Virus record (IMG/VR): IMGVR_UViG_3300030060_000209
Location: 1 to 56,195 of that record
Origin: a virus
Lineage: Duplodnaviria; Caudoviricetes
DNA length: 56,195 nt
Reading direction: 5' to 3' (one strand)
A program made the translations under genes and the position numbers. Below, piece by piece: positions 46,904 to 55,874 of this stretch. Every line of letters starts with the position of its first letter. The stretch's first letter is position 1. The notes beneath the pieces were generated by a model. That model searched no databases. It was not told the DNA's origin and saw only the letters and a list, made by a program, of their open reading frames with translations.

Positions 46904-47533
46904 ATGGCTACAACTACTTTTACTGGACCAGTCCGTTCCGAGGGCGGTTTCCAAGTAACCAATAAAAATGGCACCACTGGTGCAATCACTCAAACAGGCT
47001 ATTCTGTAAATGCAACAGGTCAGCTTATTTCTTTAGGAACCCGCAAGATTCAAACATTCGCAGTTAGTTTAGCTGATACTAATGCAGCATCAGTAACTTA
47101 CACAGATGATGATGTTCTTGTTGAATTGGGTGCGTTAAATACAGATCATCCAGATGCTCTAGTGACAGCTAGTAAGTTTTTCATTCACAAAGTCGTGCTT
47201 GGAATTACAACAGCCGCTGCTAGTGATGCTAATTCTATCGCAAACTTACAGTTGAGCGCTACTTCTGGCACAGCTACAAACGCAGCTATATCTTCTGGTA
47301 CAGAAATTGTAGGCGCTGGCGTTGCTTCGTTTAACCCACGCATTTCGGCTACCGATTCTGTAACTGAGATTGACATTGATCTTGATGCTACTGCTGGCAC
47401 TTTTCATGTGTTTGAGCCAAATATTAGTGCAGCGATTGCAAGTAATAATTTGTACATGTGTGCAGGAGATGCTTGTGACACGGCTTTGACAGCTTTCCGT
47501 GCCACTCTTGAAATAGAATATTCTGTTTACTAG
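46904..47533 (+). CDS. Putative virion structural protein
   Basis: MATTTFTGPVRSEGGF N-terminus; beta-rich. Confidence 0.6.
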   Translation: MATTTFTGPVRSEGGFQVTNKNGTTGAITQTGYSVNATGQLISLGTRKIQTFAVSLADTNAASVTYTDDDVLVELGALNTDHPDALVTASKFFIHKVVLGITTAAASDANSIANLQLSATSGTATNAAISSGTEIVGAGVASFNPRISATDSVTEIDIDLDATAGTFHVFEPNISAAIASNNLYMCAGDACDTALTAFRATLEIEYSVY

Positions 47534-47545
47534 AGGGAGATTAAC

Positions 47546-47947
47546 ATGGCGGATGCTGTAACATCACAGACGCTTGTTGATGGTGAAAAAACTGCTGTAT
47601 TGAAGTTCACCAATATTTCTGATGGCTCTGGAGAAAGCGCTGTTAAAAAAGTAGATGTATCTGCTTTATCTAACAATGCCGTAGGCCAAGCTTGCGCTAG
47701 AGCGACTATAGAAAAGATTTGGTGGCAGTGTAATGGCATGAAGGTCAAAATTTTATTTGATGCTTCAACTGATGATTTTTGTATTGAGTTAGGTGAAAAT
47801 CAAAGTGGTCATCACGATTACACCAGTTTTGGTGGTTTGACTAATCCAGCTAGTTCTGGTGTTACAGGTGACATCATGTTCACAACTGTAGGTCATTCTT
47901 CTGCTGATACATATACCATCATTATGCAAGTAAGAAAGAGCTATTAA
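47546..47947 (+). CDS. Putative virion structural protein
   Basis: TNISDGSGESAVKKVDVSAL motif. Confidence 0.6.
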   Translation: MADAVTSQTLVDGEKTAVLKFTNISDGSGESAVKKVDVSALSNNAVGQACARATIEKIWWQCNGMKVKILFDASTDDFCIELGENQSGHHDYTSFGGLTNPASSGVTGDIMFTTVGHSSADTYTIIMQVRKSY

Positions 47948-47948
47948 A

Positions 47949-48233
47949 ATGGCTCGTGCGAGGGATAAACAACCTCCTAAAACAAAAAAGTATTTCCGCT
48001 CCACTAAGTCTGGAGCGGGAATGACTAAAGCTGGTGTCGCTCGATATAGACGCGAAAATCCGGGTAGTAAGTTAAAAACTGCTGTTACTGGCAAAGTTAA
48101 AAAGGGTAGTAAAGCAGCAAAAAGGCGTAAATCATTTTGCGCTAGATCTGCTGGTCAGATGAAAAAATTTCCAAAGGCGGCAAAGAATCCAAATTCACGT
48201 TTGCGTCAGGCAAGGAGAAGGTGGAAATGTTAA
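47949..48233 (+). CDS. Small very basic protein (DUF6321-like)
   Basis: AKRRKSFCARSAGQMKKFP.AAK.PNSRLRQARRRWKC. Confidence 0.65.
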   Translation: MARARDKQPPKTKKYFRSTKSGAGMTKAGVARYRRENPGSKLKTAVTGKVKKGSKAAKRRKSFCARSAGQMKKFPKAAKNPNSRLRQARRRWKC

Positions 48234-48502
48234 GTGCTAACTTTGTAGCAGGAACGATCTTTGTTGCTTTTATAGGTGTATGTGTAACTGGTCTTACATG
48301 GATTTCTTCAACTCTTATCACAGTTGATAAAAACGTAGCTGTTATGGCGGCAAAAATTGATGCTAATAATGAAAAGATAGATCAGCTTCATGACATGATC
48401 AGACCCATGTGGGAAGATTTTACAGGGAGAACATATGATGGCAATCTCGCGCAGTTCAATTCCCAAACAAATTTCAAACCCACCGTCAAAAAGGAGTTCT
48501 AA
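48227..48502 (+). CDS. TM plus coiled-coil hypothetical protein
   Basis: Hydrophobic N-terminus. Confidence 0.55.
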   Translation: MLSANFVAGTIFVAFIGVCVTGLTWISSTLITVDKNVAVMAAKIDANNEKIDQLHDMIRPMWEDFTGRTYDGNLAQFNSQTNFKPTVKKEF

Positions 48503-48785
48503 GGTGCCAAAAGACGCTTGTTATAGAAAGGTAAAAGCCCGATACAGGGTTTTTCCAAGCGCTTATGCTTCAGGCGCTATCGCAAAATGCAGAAAGGTTG
48601 GTGCCGCTAATTATGGCACTGGCGGCAAGAAGAAAAAAGCCAAGAAAAAAGCTCTTGGTGGTGCAGTTACAATGAATAATGGAGGGGCAGTTACAAGGGC
48701 AAAACGGCCTTCTAGCAATCCAAATGTTGCTAGAGGTTGCGGTGTTGTCATGAGTAACAAAAGAAAAGCAACTAAATACTCGTAG
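48435..48785 (+). CDS. Small basic GG-motif protein
   Basis: KDACYRKVKARYRVFPSAYASGAIAKCRK; ALGGAV, MNNGGAV, ARGCG. Confidence 0.65.
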   Translation: MMAISRSSIPKQISNPPSKRSSKVPKDACYRKVKARYRVFPSAYASGAIAKCRKVGAANYGTGGKKKKAKKKALGGAVTMNNGGAVTRAKRPSSNPNVARGCGVVMSNKRKATKYS

Positions 48786-48791
48786 GAAAAA

Positions 48792-49286
48792 ATGGAACCA
48801 ATTTCGACTGCTCTAGCAGGATTCGCATTATTTAAAAGTGCAGTCGATGGCATTAAGGGTGTCATTGGAACGGCTAATGATGTATCTGAAATCGCTGGAT
48901 ATATTGATAACCTTTTTGAAGGCGAAAAGCAGGTTCAGCAAAAACGTAACAAAAAGTCTGGTGTAGGAGTAGGAGATCAATTTGGAGTCGGCAATGTTGC
49001 CAGAGAGATTATAGATGCTAAATTAGCTCAAGAGCAAATGCAGGAGATAGCCACTATGGTGGACATGCGTTTTGGTCCTGGAACTTGGAGAAGTATAGTG
49101 GATGAGAGAGCAAAACGTATTCAGGAGGCCAGAGAGCAAGCTGCCATAGCTAGAAGAGAGCAAATGAGAAAAGCGCGAGAGACAGAGGAAAATGTAAAAA
49201 CTGCGCTTTTGATTGTAGGGGTAATTATAGTTTCAGCAGGTTTGTTTTTTTTAATGATGATTTCTATTGCAAAAGGGGCAAGGTAG
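48792..49286 (+). CDS. Membrane-anchored coiled-coil protein
   Basis: MEPISTALAG..; C-terminal TM. Confidence 0.65.
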   Translation: MEPISTALAGFALFKSAVDGIKGVIGTANDVSEIAGYIDNLFEGEKQVQQKRNKKSGVGVGDQFGVGNVAREIIDAKLAQEQMQEIATMVDMRFGPGTWRSIVDERAKRIQEAREQAAIARREQMRKARETEENVKTALLIVGVIIVSAGLFFLMMISIAKGAR

Positions 49287-49289
49287 TAG

Positions 49290-49568
49290 ATGGCGGTGAG
49301 GAAAACCAAAAGTGGGTTGGCACTCAAGAGATGGTTTAAGGAAGACTGGAAGGACGTTTCCACGGGGAAACCGTGTGGGCGTCGCAAAGGTGAAAAACGG
49401 GGTACTCCATATTGCCGCCCCACCAAACGTGTCTCTTCTAAGACCCCAAAAACCACCAAAGAAATGACAGCCGCTGAAAAGCGCAGTAGGGTATCGCAAA
49501 AAAAGAGGCTTGGGCAACCAGCAGGTAAACCAAGAAGGGTGAAGGCATTAAAGAGAAAGAAGAAATAA
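49290..49568 (+). CDS. Small basic protein (DUF5872-like)
   Basis: LKRWFKEDWKDV..GKPCGR..PYCRP. Confidence 0.65.
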   Translation: MAVRKTKSGLALKRWFKEDWKDVSTGKPCGRRKGEKRGTPYCRPTKRVSSKTPKTTKEMTAAEKRSRVSQKKRLGQPAGKPRRVKALKRKKK

Positions 49569-49591
49569 AAGACATTATTGAAAACTGGATA

Positions 49592-50047
49592 ATGACAGAT
49601 TTAAGTGTGGTAGATCCTGATTTGGGTTTTGCTCCTTGTCCTTATGCAAAAAAAGCATTTATAGATAAAAAACTGTTGGTTATTGAGTGTCTTGATAGAG
49701 AGGATTTGTGGAAAACTATATCAGGTCGATGCAAAAATTTTAGCGACAAACATTCTGTTATAATTTGTTTTGAAGAGGAGCCATCACAGACATATGAAGA
49801 AGTTGAAGCAGCTTGTATAGCCATGAATGAATGGTTTGCTTACAATAAAATGGATGTTTGGTTGCTTGCTTTTCAAACAAATTTTACGATGGTATTTATA
49901 CAAAGACTGTCAGAATTAGATGATGCTAGTCAAAGGCTAGAAAAAATGGGATACTATAAAAACTATAATACAGAAGACTATGTTAATCTAATCTTAAACC
50001 GTAGATACAGGAGACATGAAAATGCCAGGTGCGAAAAAACAAGCTAG
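49592..50047 (+). CDS. Hypothetical protein
   Basis: PCPYAKKA..FIQRLSELDDAS..LEKMGYY; true start may lie slightly upstream. Confidence 0.6.
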   Translation: MTDLSVVDPDLGFAPCPYAKKAFIDKKLLVIECLDREDLWKTISGRCKNFSDKHSVIICFEEEPSQTYEEVEAACIAMNEWFAYNKMDVWLLAFQTNFTMVFIQRLSELDDASQRLEKMGYYKNYNTEDYVNLILNRRYRRHENARCEKTS

Positions 50048-50240
50048 ACGTATGCGTGGCGGTGGTGCAACAGCCCCTAAAAAAATGATGGGTGGCGGCG
50101 CAGCTAAAAAAGCCAGACGTATGCGTGGCGGTGGGAAAGTTGCCCCTAAAAAGATGATGGGCGGCGGTGCTACAAAAGCAGTATCTCCTCGTAAACGCAT
50201 GGCTATGGGCATGATGCGTGGCGGTAAGGTCAAGAAATAA
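50016..50240 (+). CDS. K/R/M/G-rich microprotein built of GG-motif repeats
   Basis: 69-nt tandem duplication (50041-50109, 50110-50178); SD GGAG. Confidence 0.65.
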   Translation: MKMPGAKKQARRMRGGGATAPKKMMGGGAAKKARRMRGGGKVAPKKMMGGGATKAVSPRKRMAMGMMRGGKVKK

Positions 50241-50908
50241 TGGCTGTTTCTGGGTCAACTGATTTTGAGCTAGATGTAAGTGATTACATTGAGGAGGCTT
50301 TTGAGCGTTGTGGCTTGGAAGTCAAAACAGGTTATGACCTAAAAACTGCAAAGCGTTCCTTGAATTTAATGTTTGCTGATTGGGCTAATCGTGGTTTGAA
50401 TCAATGGACCATAACTCAAAGAACGCAAGCGTTAACATCAGGAACATCAAGTTATAATCTGGATGCGGACGTTATAGATGTTTTGTCAATGGTGGTGAGG
50501 CGCAGTGGATCTGACTTATCCATGAGTCGAATAAGCAGGGACACTTATCTTTCCATTAATTCAAAAACTACTGAGGGTAGGCCATCTCAATTTTTTGTTG
50601 ATAGGCAAATTACACCTGCAATAAAAATATGGCCTACTCCTGAAAACAGTACGGATGTACTGGTTTATGACTGTTTAACAAGGATTGATGACGCTGATAC
50701 TTTTACTAATACAGTAGAAGTGCCTTTTCGTTTTTACCCATGTTTAGCGGCTGGGTTGGCTTATTACCTTGCAATTAAGAAAGCCCCAGACAGAATACAG
50801 TTGTTAAAAACAATATATGATGAGGAGTTTGATAAGGCTCAAGCAGAAGATCGTGATAGAGCTTCGTTCAGTGTGAGTCCTAATCTGCAATTCTACAGGA
50901 TAGCGTAA
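50240..50908 (+). CDS. Head-tail adaptor / tail tubular A-like protein
   Basis: IEEAFERCG..AKRSLNLMFADWANRGLNQW..GRPSQF..WPTP. Confidence 0.7.
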   Translation: MAVSGSTDFELDVSDYIEEAFERCGLEVKTGYDLKTAKRSLNLMFADWANRGLNQWTITQRTQALTSGTSSYNLDADVIDVLSMVVRRSGSDLSMSRISRDTYLSINSKTTEGRPSQFFVDRQITPAIKIWPTPENSTDVLVYDCLTRIDDADTFTNTVEVPFRFYPCLAAGLAYYLAIKKAPDRIQLLKTIYDEEFDKAQAEDRDRASFSVSPNLQFYRIA

Positions 50909-51648
50909 TGAGTAAATTTGCTGTTGGAAAAGATGCTTATGGTATTTCTGACAGATCTGGTTTCCGATACAGATTGCGTGATATGCGTAAAGAATGGAAC
51001 GGATTGCTTGTAGGAAAGGATGAGTACGAAGAAAAACATCCTCAAATACAACCTGTCCGCCGCGCCATAGATGCCGAGGCTTTAAGAGATCCTCGTCCAG
51101 ATACTAATAACATAGTTAGTGTCACGGTTTCTTTTCCAACATTTGATGTAATAACATTGTTGTTTCAATCTTCAATTCCTGCAATGCAGGGGCAAATTGG
51201 TACTGTTACTTTTGGCGGTAGTGTCATTACGCCAACTAGCGCAACAATTATAGGGGTTACAGGAACAGGGTCTGTTGGCACTGTTACGGCTTCTGGTACT
51301 GGTGGAGTAACGATAGCAGCGACATACACTGTTACAGTCCAGTCTTACTTGGGAGCTAATAAGTATTACATTAATGGAGTTAGGCAAGACACGGTTAGTT
51401 TAACAGAAGGTAGCACATTTAGATTTGATCAGTCAGACAGTAGTAACTCTGGTCATCCTTTAAGGTTCTCTACAACTTCTGGTGGCACTCATAGTGGTGG
51501 ATCACAGTACACAACTGGTGTGACTACAAGCGGAACTCCCGGCTCTTCTGGAGCCTATACTCAAATAACAGTAGCCTCTGGCGCACCAACACTGTATTAC
51601 TATTGTACTAATCATAGCGGCATGGGCGGACAGGCGAACACACCATGA
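50908..51648 (+). CDS. Virion protein with C-terminal cupredoxin-like module
   Basis: SDRSGFRY..EWNG..KHPQ..LRDPRPD N-domain; C-terminal GHPLRFS..LYYYCTNHSGMGG. Confidence 0.6.
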   Translation: MSKFAVGKDAYGISDRSGFRYRLRDMRKEWNGLLVGKDEYEEKHPQIQPVRRAIDAEALRDPRPDTNNIVSVTVSFPTFDVITLLFQSSIPAMQGQIGTVTFGGSVITPTSATIIGVTGTGSVGTVTASGTGGVTIAATYTVTVQSYLGANKYYINGVRQDTVSLTEGSTFRFDQSDSSNSGHPLRFSTTSGGTHSGGSQYTTGVTTSGTPGSSGAYTQITVASGAPTLYYYCTNHSGMGGQANTP

Positions 51649-52496
51649 GTTATACATACACGACATTAAAAACTGCTATTCAAGATTGGACAGAAAACAC
51701 TGAGTCTACGTTTAAAAACAATTTAAGTGTTTTTATTGATAATGCAGAAGAAAAAATTCTTAAAGAAGTTGATTTAGATTATTTTCGTAAAAATGTTACT
51801 GGAACAACTACCTCTGGTAATCAATTCCTAGCAGTGCCAACTGATTATTTAGCTTCTTTTAGTTTAAGCATGACTAATTCTGGTACTAAGGAATTTTTGT
51901 TACTAAAAGATGTTAATTTCATACAAGAGTTCAATCCTACAGGAGCAACTGGTTTTCCAAAATATTATGCTCTTTATGATTTCCAAAACTTCATTCTTGC
52001 ACCAGTCCCTAATGCAGCTATTTCGTCTGAATTACATTATTTCTACAGACCAGACAGTTTAACCGTAAGCACATTTACACTTACTGTTAGTAGTGTTAGC
52101 GGAACATTTGTTGCTGGAGAAACAATTACTGGAGGCACCAGTGGCACAAGCACAACTGTAAACTCAGTGCCAAGTGGCACCACTATGATCATTGTTATAC
52201 CAAGCAATGATTTAACAGTTGGCGAGACTGTTACAGGAGGGACAAGCGGAGCTACAGGAACCGTTGTTTCCACAAGTGCAGATACAACCACGACTTGGTT
52301 AAGCGAAAACGCTCCTAATACGTTGTTATACGGCTCTTTGATTGAAGCATACACCTTCATGAAAGGTGAGACTGATATGCTTCAACTTTATATTGCTAGA
52401 TACACTGAATCCATTGGCAGATTGAAAAACTACGCTAGTGGCGTTGAGAACACAGACGCATATCGTGAAGGGTTAGTAAGGGCAAACAAAACATGA
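51645..52496 (+). CDS. Neck/adaptor protein with inserted beta-repeat domain
   Basis: YTTLKTAIQDW..PKYYA..LAPVP..ELHYFYRP and TWLSENAP..LLYGSL flank a duplicated GET(I/V)TGGTSG insert. Confidence 0.65.
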   Translation: MSYTYTTLKTAIQDWTENTESTFKNNLSVFIDNAEEKILKEVDLDYFRKNVTGTTTSGNQFLAVPTDYLASFSLSMTNSGTKEFLLLKDVNFIQEFNPTGATGFPKYYALYDFQNFILAPVPNAAISSELHYFYRPDSLTVSTFTLTVSSVSGTFVAGETITGGTSGTSTTVNSVPSGTTMIIVIPSNDLTVGETVTGGTSGATGTVVSTSADTTTTWLSENAPNTLLYGSLIEAYTFMKGETDMLQLYIARYTESIGRLKNYASGVENTDAYREGLVRANKT

Positions 52497-53185
52497 AAAT
52501 AGCCATTGTTGGGCTTGGTGGCAGCTACGCTGATTACATATCTGCGCGTATTGCCTCTCAAGATTTTGATGAGGTGTGGGGTATAAATTGCATAGGTGCA
52601 ATACTTCATGTTGATAGAACATTTATGATGGATCCTGTGTCTCGATTTATAGACACAGAAAACGCAGGATCTCAAACTGGTGTGGCGCGAGAATTTCTTG
52701 CAAAGAATGAAGCCCCAATTTATTCCTGTATTGAGCATAAAGATTATCCATCCATAGAGCTATATCCATTAGAAAAAGTGGTGAAAGATACAGGCATTTG
52801 CTATTTTAATAATACAGTTGCATACGCTATTGCTTACGCTGTATGGAAAAAAGTTAAAAAAATTTGTTTGTATGGGATAGATTTTACATACAAAAATGTG
52901 AATATGGCTGAGTCAGGCAGAGCTTGTGTTGAATTTTGGTGTGCCACAGCCATAGCTAAAGGAATAAAAATAGAGGTGGCTCATCGTTCAGGTTTGTTGG
53001 ATACAAATGTTCCAGATAATGAAAAGCTGTATGGTTATCACAGATTAGATGATCCTTTGATTCAAACAGTTCAAGAGGGTAATCTTTTAATTACAAAACA
53101 ATCACAATTTGATCCCCCAGAGCCAGTTGATGGCGCTTTGGGGGAGTCTGAACCTATAATATTTGGAAGGCATGATCATGTTTGA
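52493..53185 (+). CDS. Sialyltransferase/Maf-like (GT29/GT42/MptE-like fold) protein
   Basis: IAIVGLGGS, EVWGINC, DRTFMMD, NNTVAYAIAYA...ICLYGIDF. Confidence 0.5.
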   Translation: MKIAIVGLGGSYADYISARIASQDFDEVWGINCIGAILHVDRTFMMDPVSRFIDTENAGSQTGVAREFLAKNEAPIYSCIEHKDYPSIELYPLEKVVKDTGICYFNNTVAYAIAYAVWKKVKKICLYGIDFTYKNVNMAESGRACVEFWCATAIAKGIKIEVAHRSGLLDTNVPDNEKLYGYHRLDDPLIQTVQEGNLLITKQSQFDPPEPVDGALGESEPIIFGRHDHV

Positions 53186-53465
53186 AGTTAATGTTGGATC
53201 AGTGGGATCAGTTAATGTTGTTTCGTCTGATAACGGCGGCTTATCCAACGATCAAATAGCTGATATGGCAGCAAATAAGATAATGTACATATCTGATGAA
53301 GCTCCAGAGCCTATTCGATTACAGGCAGAAGCTTTTAAAGATAAAGTAAGAAATTTAGTGCAATATTATGTAGAGTTGGCTAGAAGAGAAGAACGTGCTA
53401 CAATTTGCGCGAAGGTCCGTGAGGCGGGTCAACATCAACTAGCTGACGCTATAGGGAGACTGTAA
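53172..53465 (+). CDS. Hypothetical protein
   Basis: PIRLQAEAFK motif; start at 53172 or 53178. Confidence 0.6.
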   Translation: MIMFEVNVGSVGSVNVVSSDNGGLSNDQIADMAANKIMYISDEAPEPIRLQAEAFKDKVRNLVQYYVELARREERATICAKVREAGQHQLADAIGRL

Positions 53466-53917
53466 TGGCAATAGCACAAGCAATGTGTACCGCATTCAAG
53501 CAAGAATTGATGTTGGGTACGCACAATTTCGCAACAAACGGTAACGCTTTTAAACTTGCCCTGTACGCAGAAAGCAGCGGTGGAAAGTCTAGCACAACTG
53601 CGACTTTAGGTGCTGCTACCACAGCTTTTGTTACAACAGGTGAAGTGGCCTCTAGCGGTACATATGCAACAGGCGGTGGAACACTTACCAAAGTGGCTCC
53701 AACGACATCTGGAACCACCGCTTTCACTGATTTTGCGGATCTTAGTTTTACAACAGCCACCATCACAGCGATGGGTGCTTTGATTTATAATAGTACCAAC
53801 AGTAATAAAGCTGTCGCGGTGTTAGACTTTTCTTCAAACAAAACGTCTACGTCTGGGACATTCACTATTCAGTTTCCAACAGCCGATGCAAGTAACGCTA
53901 TTATTCGTATAGCGTAA
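53465..53917 (+). CDS. Putative tail structural protein
   Basis: MAIAQAMCTAFKQELMLGTHNF..FKLALY..AVAVLDF..FTIQFP..AIIRIA. Confidence 0.65.
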   Translation: MAIAQAMCTAFKQELMLGTHNFATNGNAFKLALYAESSGGKSSTTATLGAATTAFVTTGEVASSGTYATGGGTLTKVAPTTSGTTAFTDFADLSFTTATITAMGALIYNSTNSNKAVAVLDFSSNKTSTSGTFTIQFPTADASNAIIRIA

Positions 53918-53929
53918 CGGAGTGATACG

Positions 53930-54550
53930 GTGACTGTATCTGGATGGGGTCGAGGCACCTGGGGCCAAGGAGCTTGGAACCAAGCCATACCTGTTACTGT
54001 CACGGGTGTTGCCGCAACAACTGCGGTTGGTAATGTAATTGTCATACCCTCCATCGCTGGCGTTGCCACAGGCGTTGTTGCTTCAGGTCTTATAAATTCC
54101 GTTACCGTTACAGGCACAGGTCTTATATCGCCCACAGGTGTTGTTGGCACAAGTGCCGTAGGTGACGAGACAACCAATTGTTCTGCAAATGTTGCGGGTG
54201 TTGGCGTTACAGCCACTGTCAGCTTTGGTGATGAGTCAGTCGCAGCAGGCGCGAAGGCCACAGCCACAGGTAATGTAGGCACTAGCGCATTAGGCACATC
54301 CACACAAATAGGAACTTCTGTTCTGTCTGTGACAGGAAATGTTGCAACCAGTGCATTAGGAACAGCAACACAAAACACTAAGTACCCAGTTACGGGGGTT
54401 ACAGCCACAGGAAATAGTGGTATAGTTCTCGTGTACACGGATATAATTTCAACTCAGAACCCAAATTGGGTGTCTGTGAGTGGAGTTTCTACAACTTGGA
54501 CGCAGACAACTCCATCTCAAACTCCAAATTGGACCGATATAGCGGCGTAG
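53930..54550 (+). CDS. Putative tail fibre shaft protein
   Basis: GWGRGTWGQGAW then VTGV.AT..VG repeats. Confidence 0.6.
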   Translation: MTVSGWGRGTWGQGAWNQAIPVTVTGVAATTAVGNVIVIPSIAGVATGVVASGLINSVTVTGTGLISPTGVVGTSAVGDETTNCSANVAGVGVTATVSFGDESVAAGAKATATGNVGTSALGTSTQIGTSVLSVTGNVATSALGTATQNTKYPVTGVTATGNSGIVLVYTDIISTQNPNWVSVSGVSTTWTQTTPSQTPNWTDIAA

Positions 54551-54559
54551 GAGCAATAT

Positions 54560-55072
54560 ATGGCTAGTTCGTTTAGTACAAACCTTGGCATAGAAAAGCC
54601 AGCCACGGGCGAACTGTCTGGTAGTTGGGGTGATGTTACCAATTTTAACTTTGACATATTTGACAGAGTGTTAGGTGCTTCAGACCTTACCGCTTCTGAT
54701 CTTACTACAGACCTTACAATAAGAGCCGCCTCTCCCACCTCTGGACAAAGTAATGTGCAGACTGGAATGTTTGCGGTTATCAATCTTAAAGATAGCGGAT
54801 CTGATCTAGGCGGCGTAAATGTCGTGACTATTGCACCAAATACCGCTACTAAGTTCTTTATTATTAAAAATTCTTTGACTGGTAGCAGGGCAGCTACCAT
54901 AACACAAGGAACAGGAGCCACAGTGTCTATACCAAATGGAACAACAGACATTGTGTTTTGTGATGGGGCTGGGTCTGGAGCCGCTGTTACGGGGGTTGCG
55001 GCCTCACTGAATATTGCAGATAACACAGAGGTCGCTGGCACAGCGACCGCATTAGCAATCGCGCTTGGTTGA
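54560..55072 (+). CDS. Putative tail/fibre protein
   Basis: SS.STNLGIEK.ATGE.SGSWG; ends ALAIALG. Confidence 0.6.
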   Translation: MASSFSTNLGIEKPATGELSGSWGDVTNFNFDIFDRVLGASDLTASDLTTDLTIRAASPTSGQSNVQTGMFAVINLKDSGSDLGGVNVVTIAPNTATKFFIIKNSLTGSRAATITQGTGATVSIPNGTTDIVFCDGAGSGAAVTGVAASLNIADNTEVAGTATALAIALG

Positions 55073-55084
55073 TAGGAGTATAAG

Positions 55085-55534
55085 ATGGCAAATGATGCTC
55101 AAGTGACAATGCAAGTGACAGTTTTGCCAGATGAGATCGCAAAGACTTTTTCGGCAAGCATGACTGTTACCCCTGATGATGCCAACGATAAGTGGTATTA
55201 CAAAAAGACTAGCGTATCTAACTCTAGCACAGATTTAATTGCTGGAAATTTTCTTGATTATACAGCCGTTGATGATGACACTGCACCAACTGCTGTAGCT
55301 ACAGGCGATAAGGTAAAGTTCTTGTTTATTAAGAATGTAGATACCAACAGCCGTAGCATTTATATAGTTTTGGATGCTGGCACAGCCTCATCTAGCGCAA
55401 CAGACGGCATTACCATAGGTCCAAGCGAGTCTTTTGCAGCGAGATTACCTAACACAACAGTAGCAGATATACATGCTATATCGTCTGCATCAACCGCAGA
55501 GGTCATCGTATGCGCTTTGCTTGATGATGTATAA
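55085..55534 (+). CDS. Putative virion structural protein
   Basis: 149 aa beta-rich; SD GGAG. Confidence 0.6.
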   Translation: MANDAQVTMQVTVLPDEIAKTFSASMTVTPDDANDKWYYKKTSVSNSSTDLIAGNFLDYTAVDDDTAPTAVATGDKVKFLFIKNVDTNSRSIYIVLDAGTASSSATDGITIGPSESFAARLPNTTVADIHAISSASTAEVIVCALLDDV

Positions 55535-55544
55535 GGAGTAGGAC

Positions 55545-55874
55545 ATGGCTAATACCTTTAAAAATAAGGTGTTTAACGGTGATAGCAGCCTAGCTAATTC
55601 AGATATGGCTGTTTACACCGTGCCAAGTTCTACCACTACAGTTGTAATTGGTTTAACGCTGGCAAACACTTCCACCGCTCAAATCACTGCCGACATTAAG
55701 CTAAACGCTGGTGACATGGTGTTTTTAGCAAAGGACATCCCGATTCCTGCCGCATCTAGTTTTGAATATATGGCAGGAAACAAGATTGTCATGGAAACTG
55801 GGCATAGCCTGATTGTACAGAGCGACACGGCAAACAGCCTGGATACAGTAGCGAGTATAATGGAGATCACTTAA
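55545..55874 (+). CDS. Putative virion structural protein
   Basis: MANTFKN..YTVPSSTTTVVIGL..SIMEIT; its 3' end is also present at 1-119. Confidence 0.65.
   Translation: MANTFKNKVFNGDSSLANSDMAVYTVPSSTTTVVIGLTLANTSTAQITADIKLNAGDMVFLAKDIPIPAASSFEYMAGNKIVMETGHSLIVQSDTANSLDTVASIMEIT

Noticed and set aside
888-55870. Numerous antisense and alternate-frame ORFs in the track
   Set aside because: They are shadows of well-coupled + strand genes with no recognisable motifs; only 15769-15948 occupies its own gap
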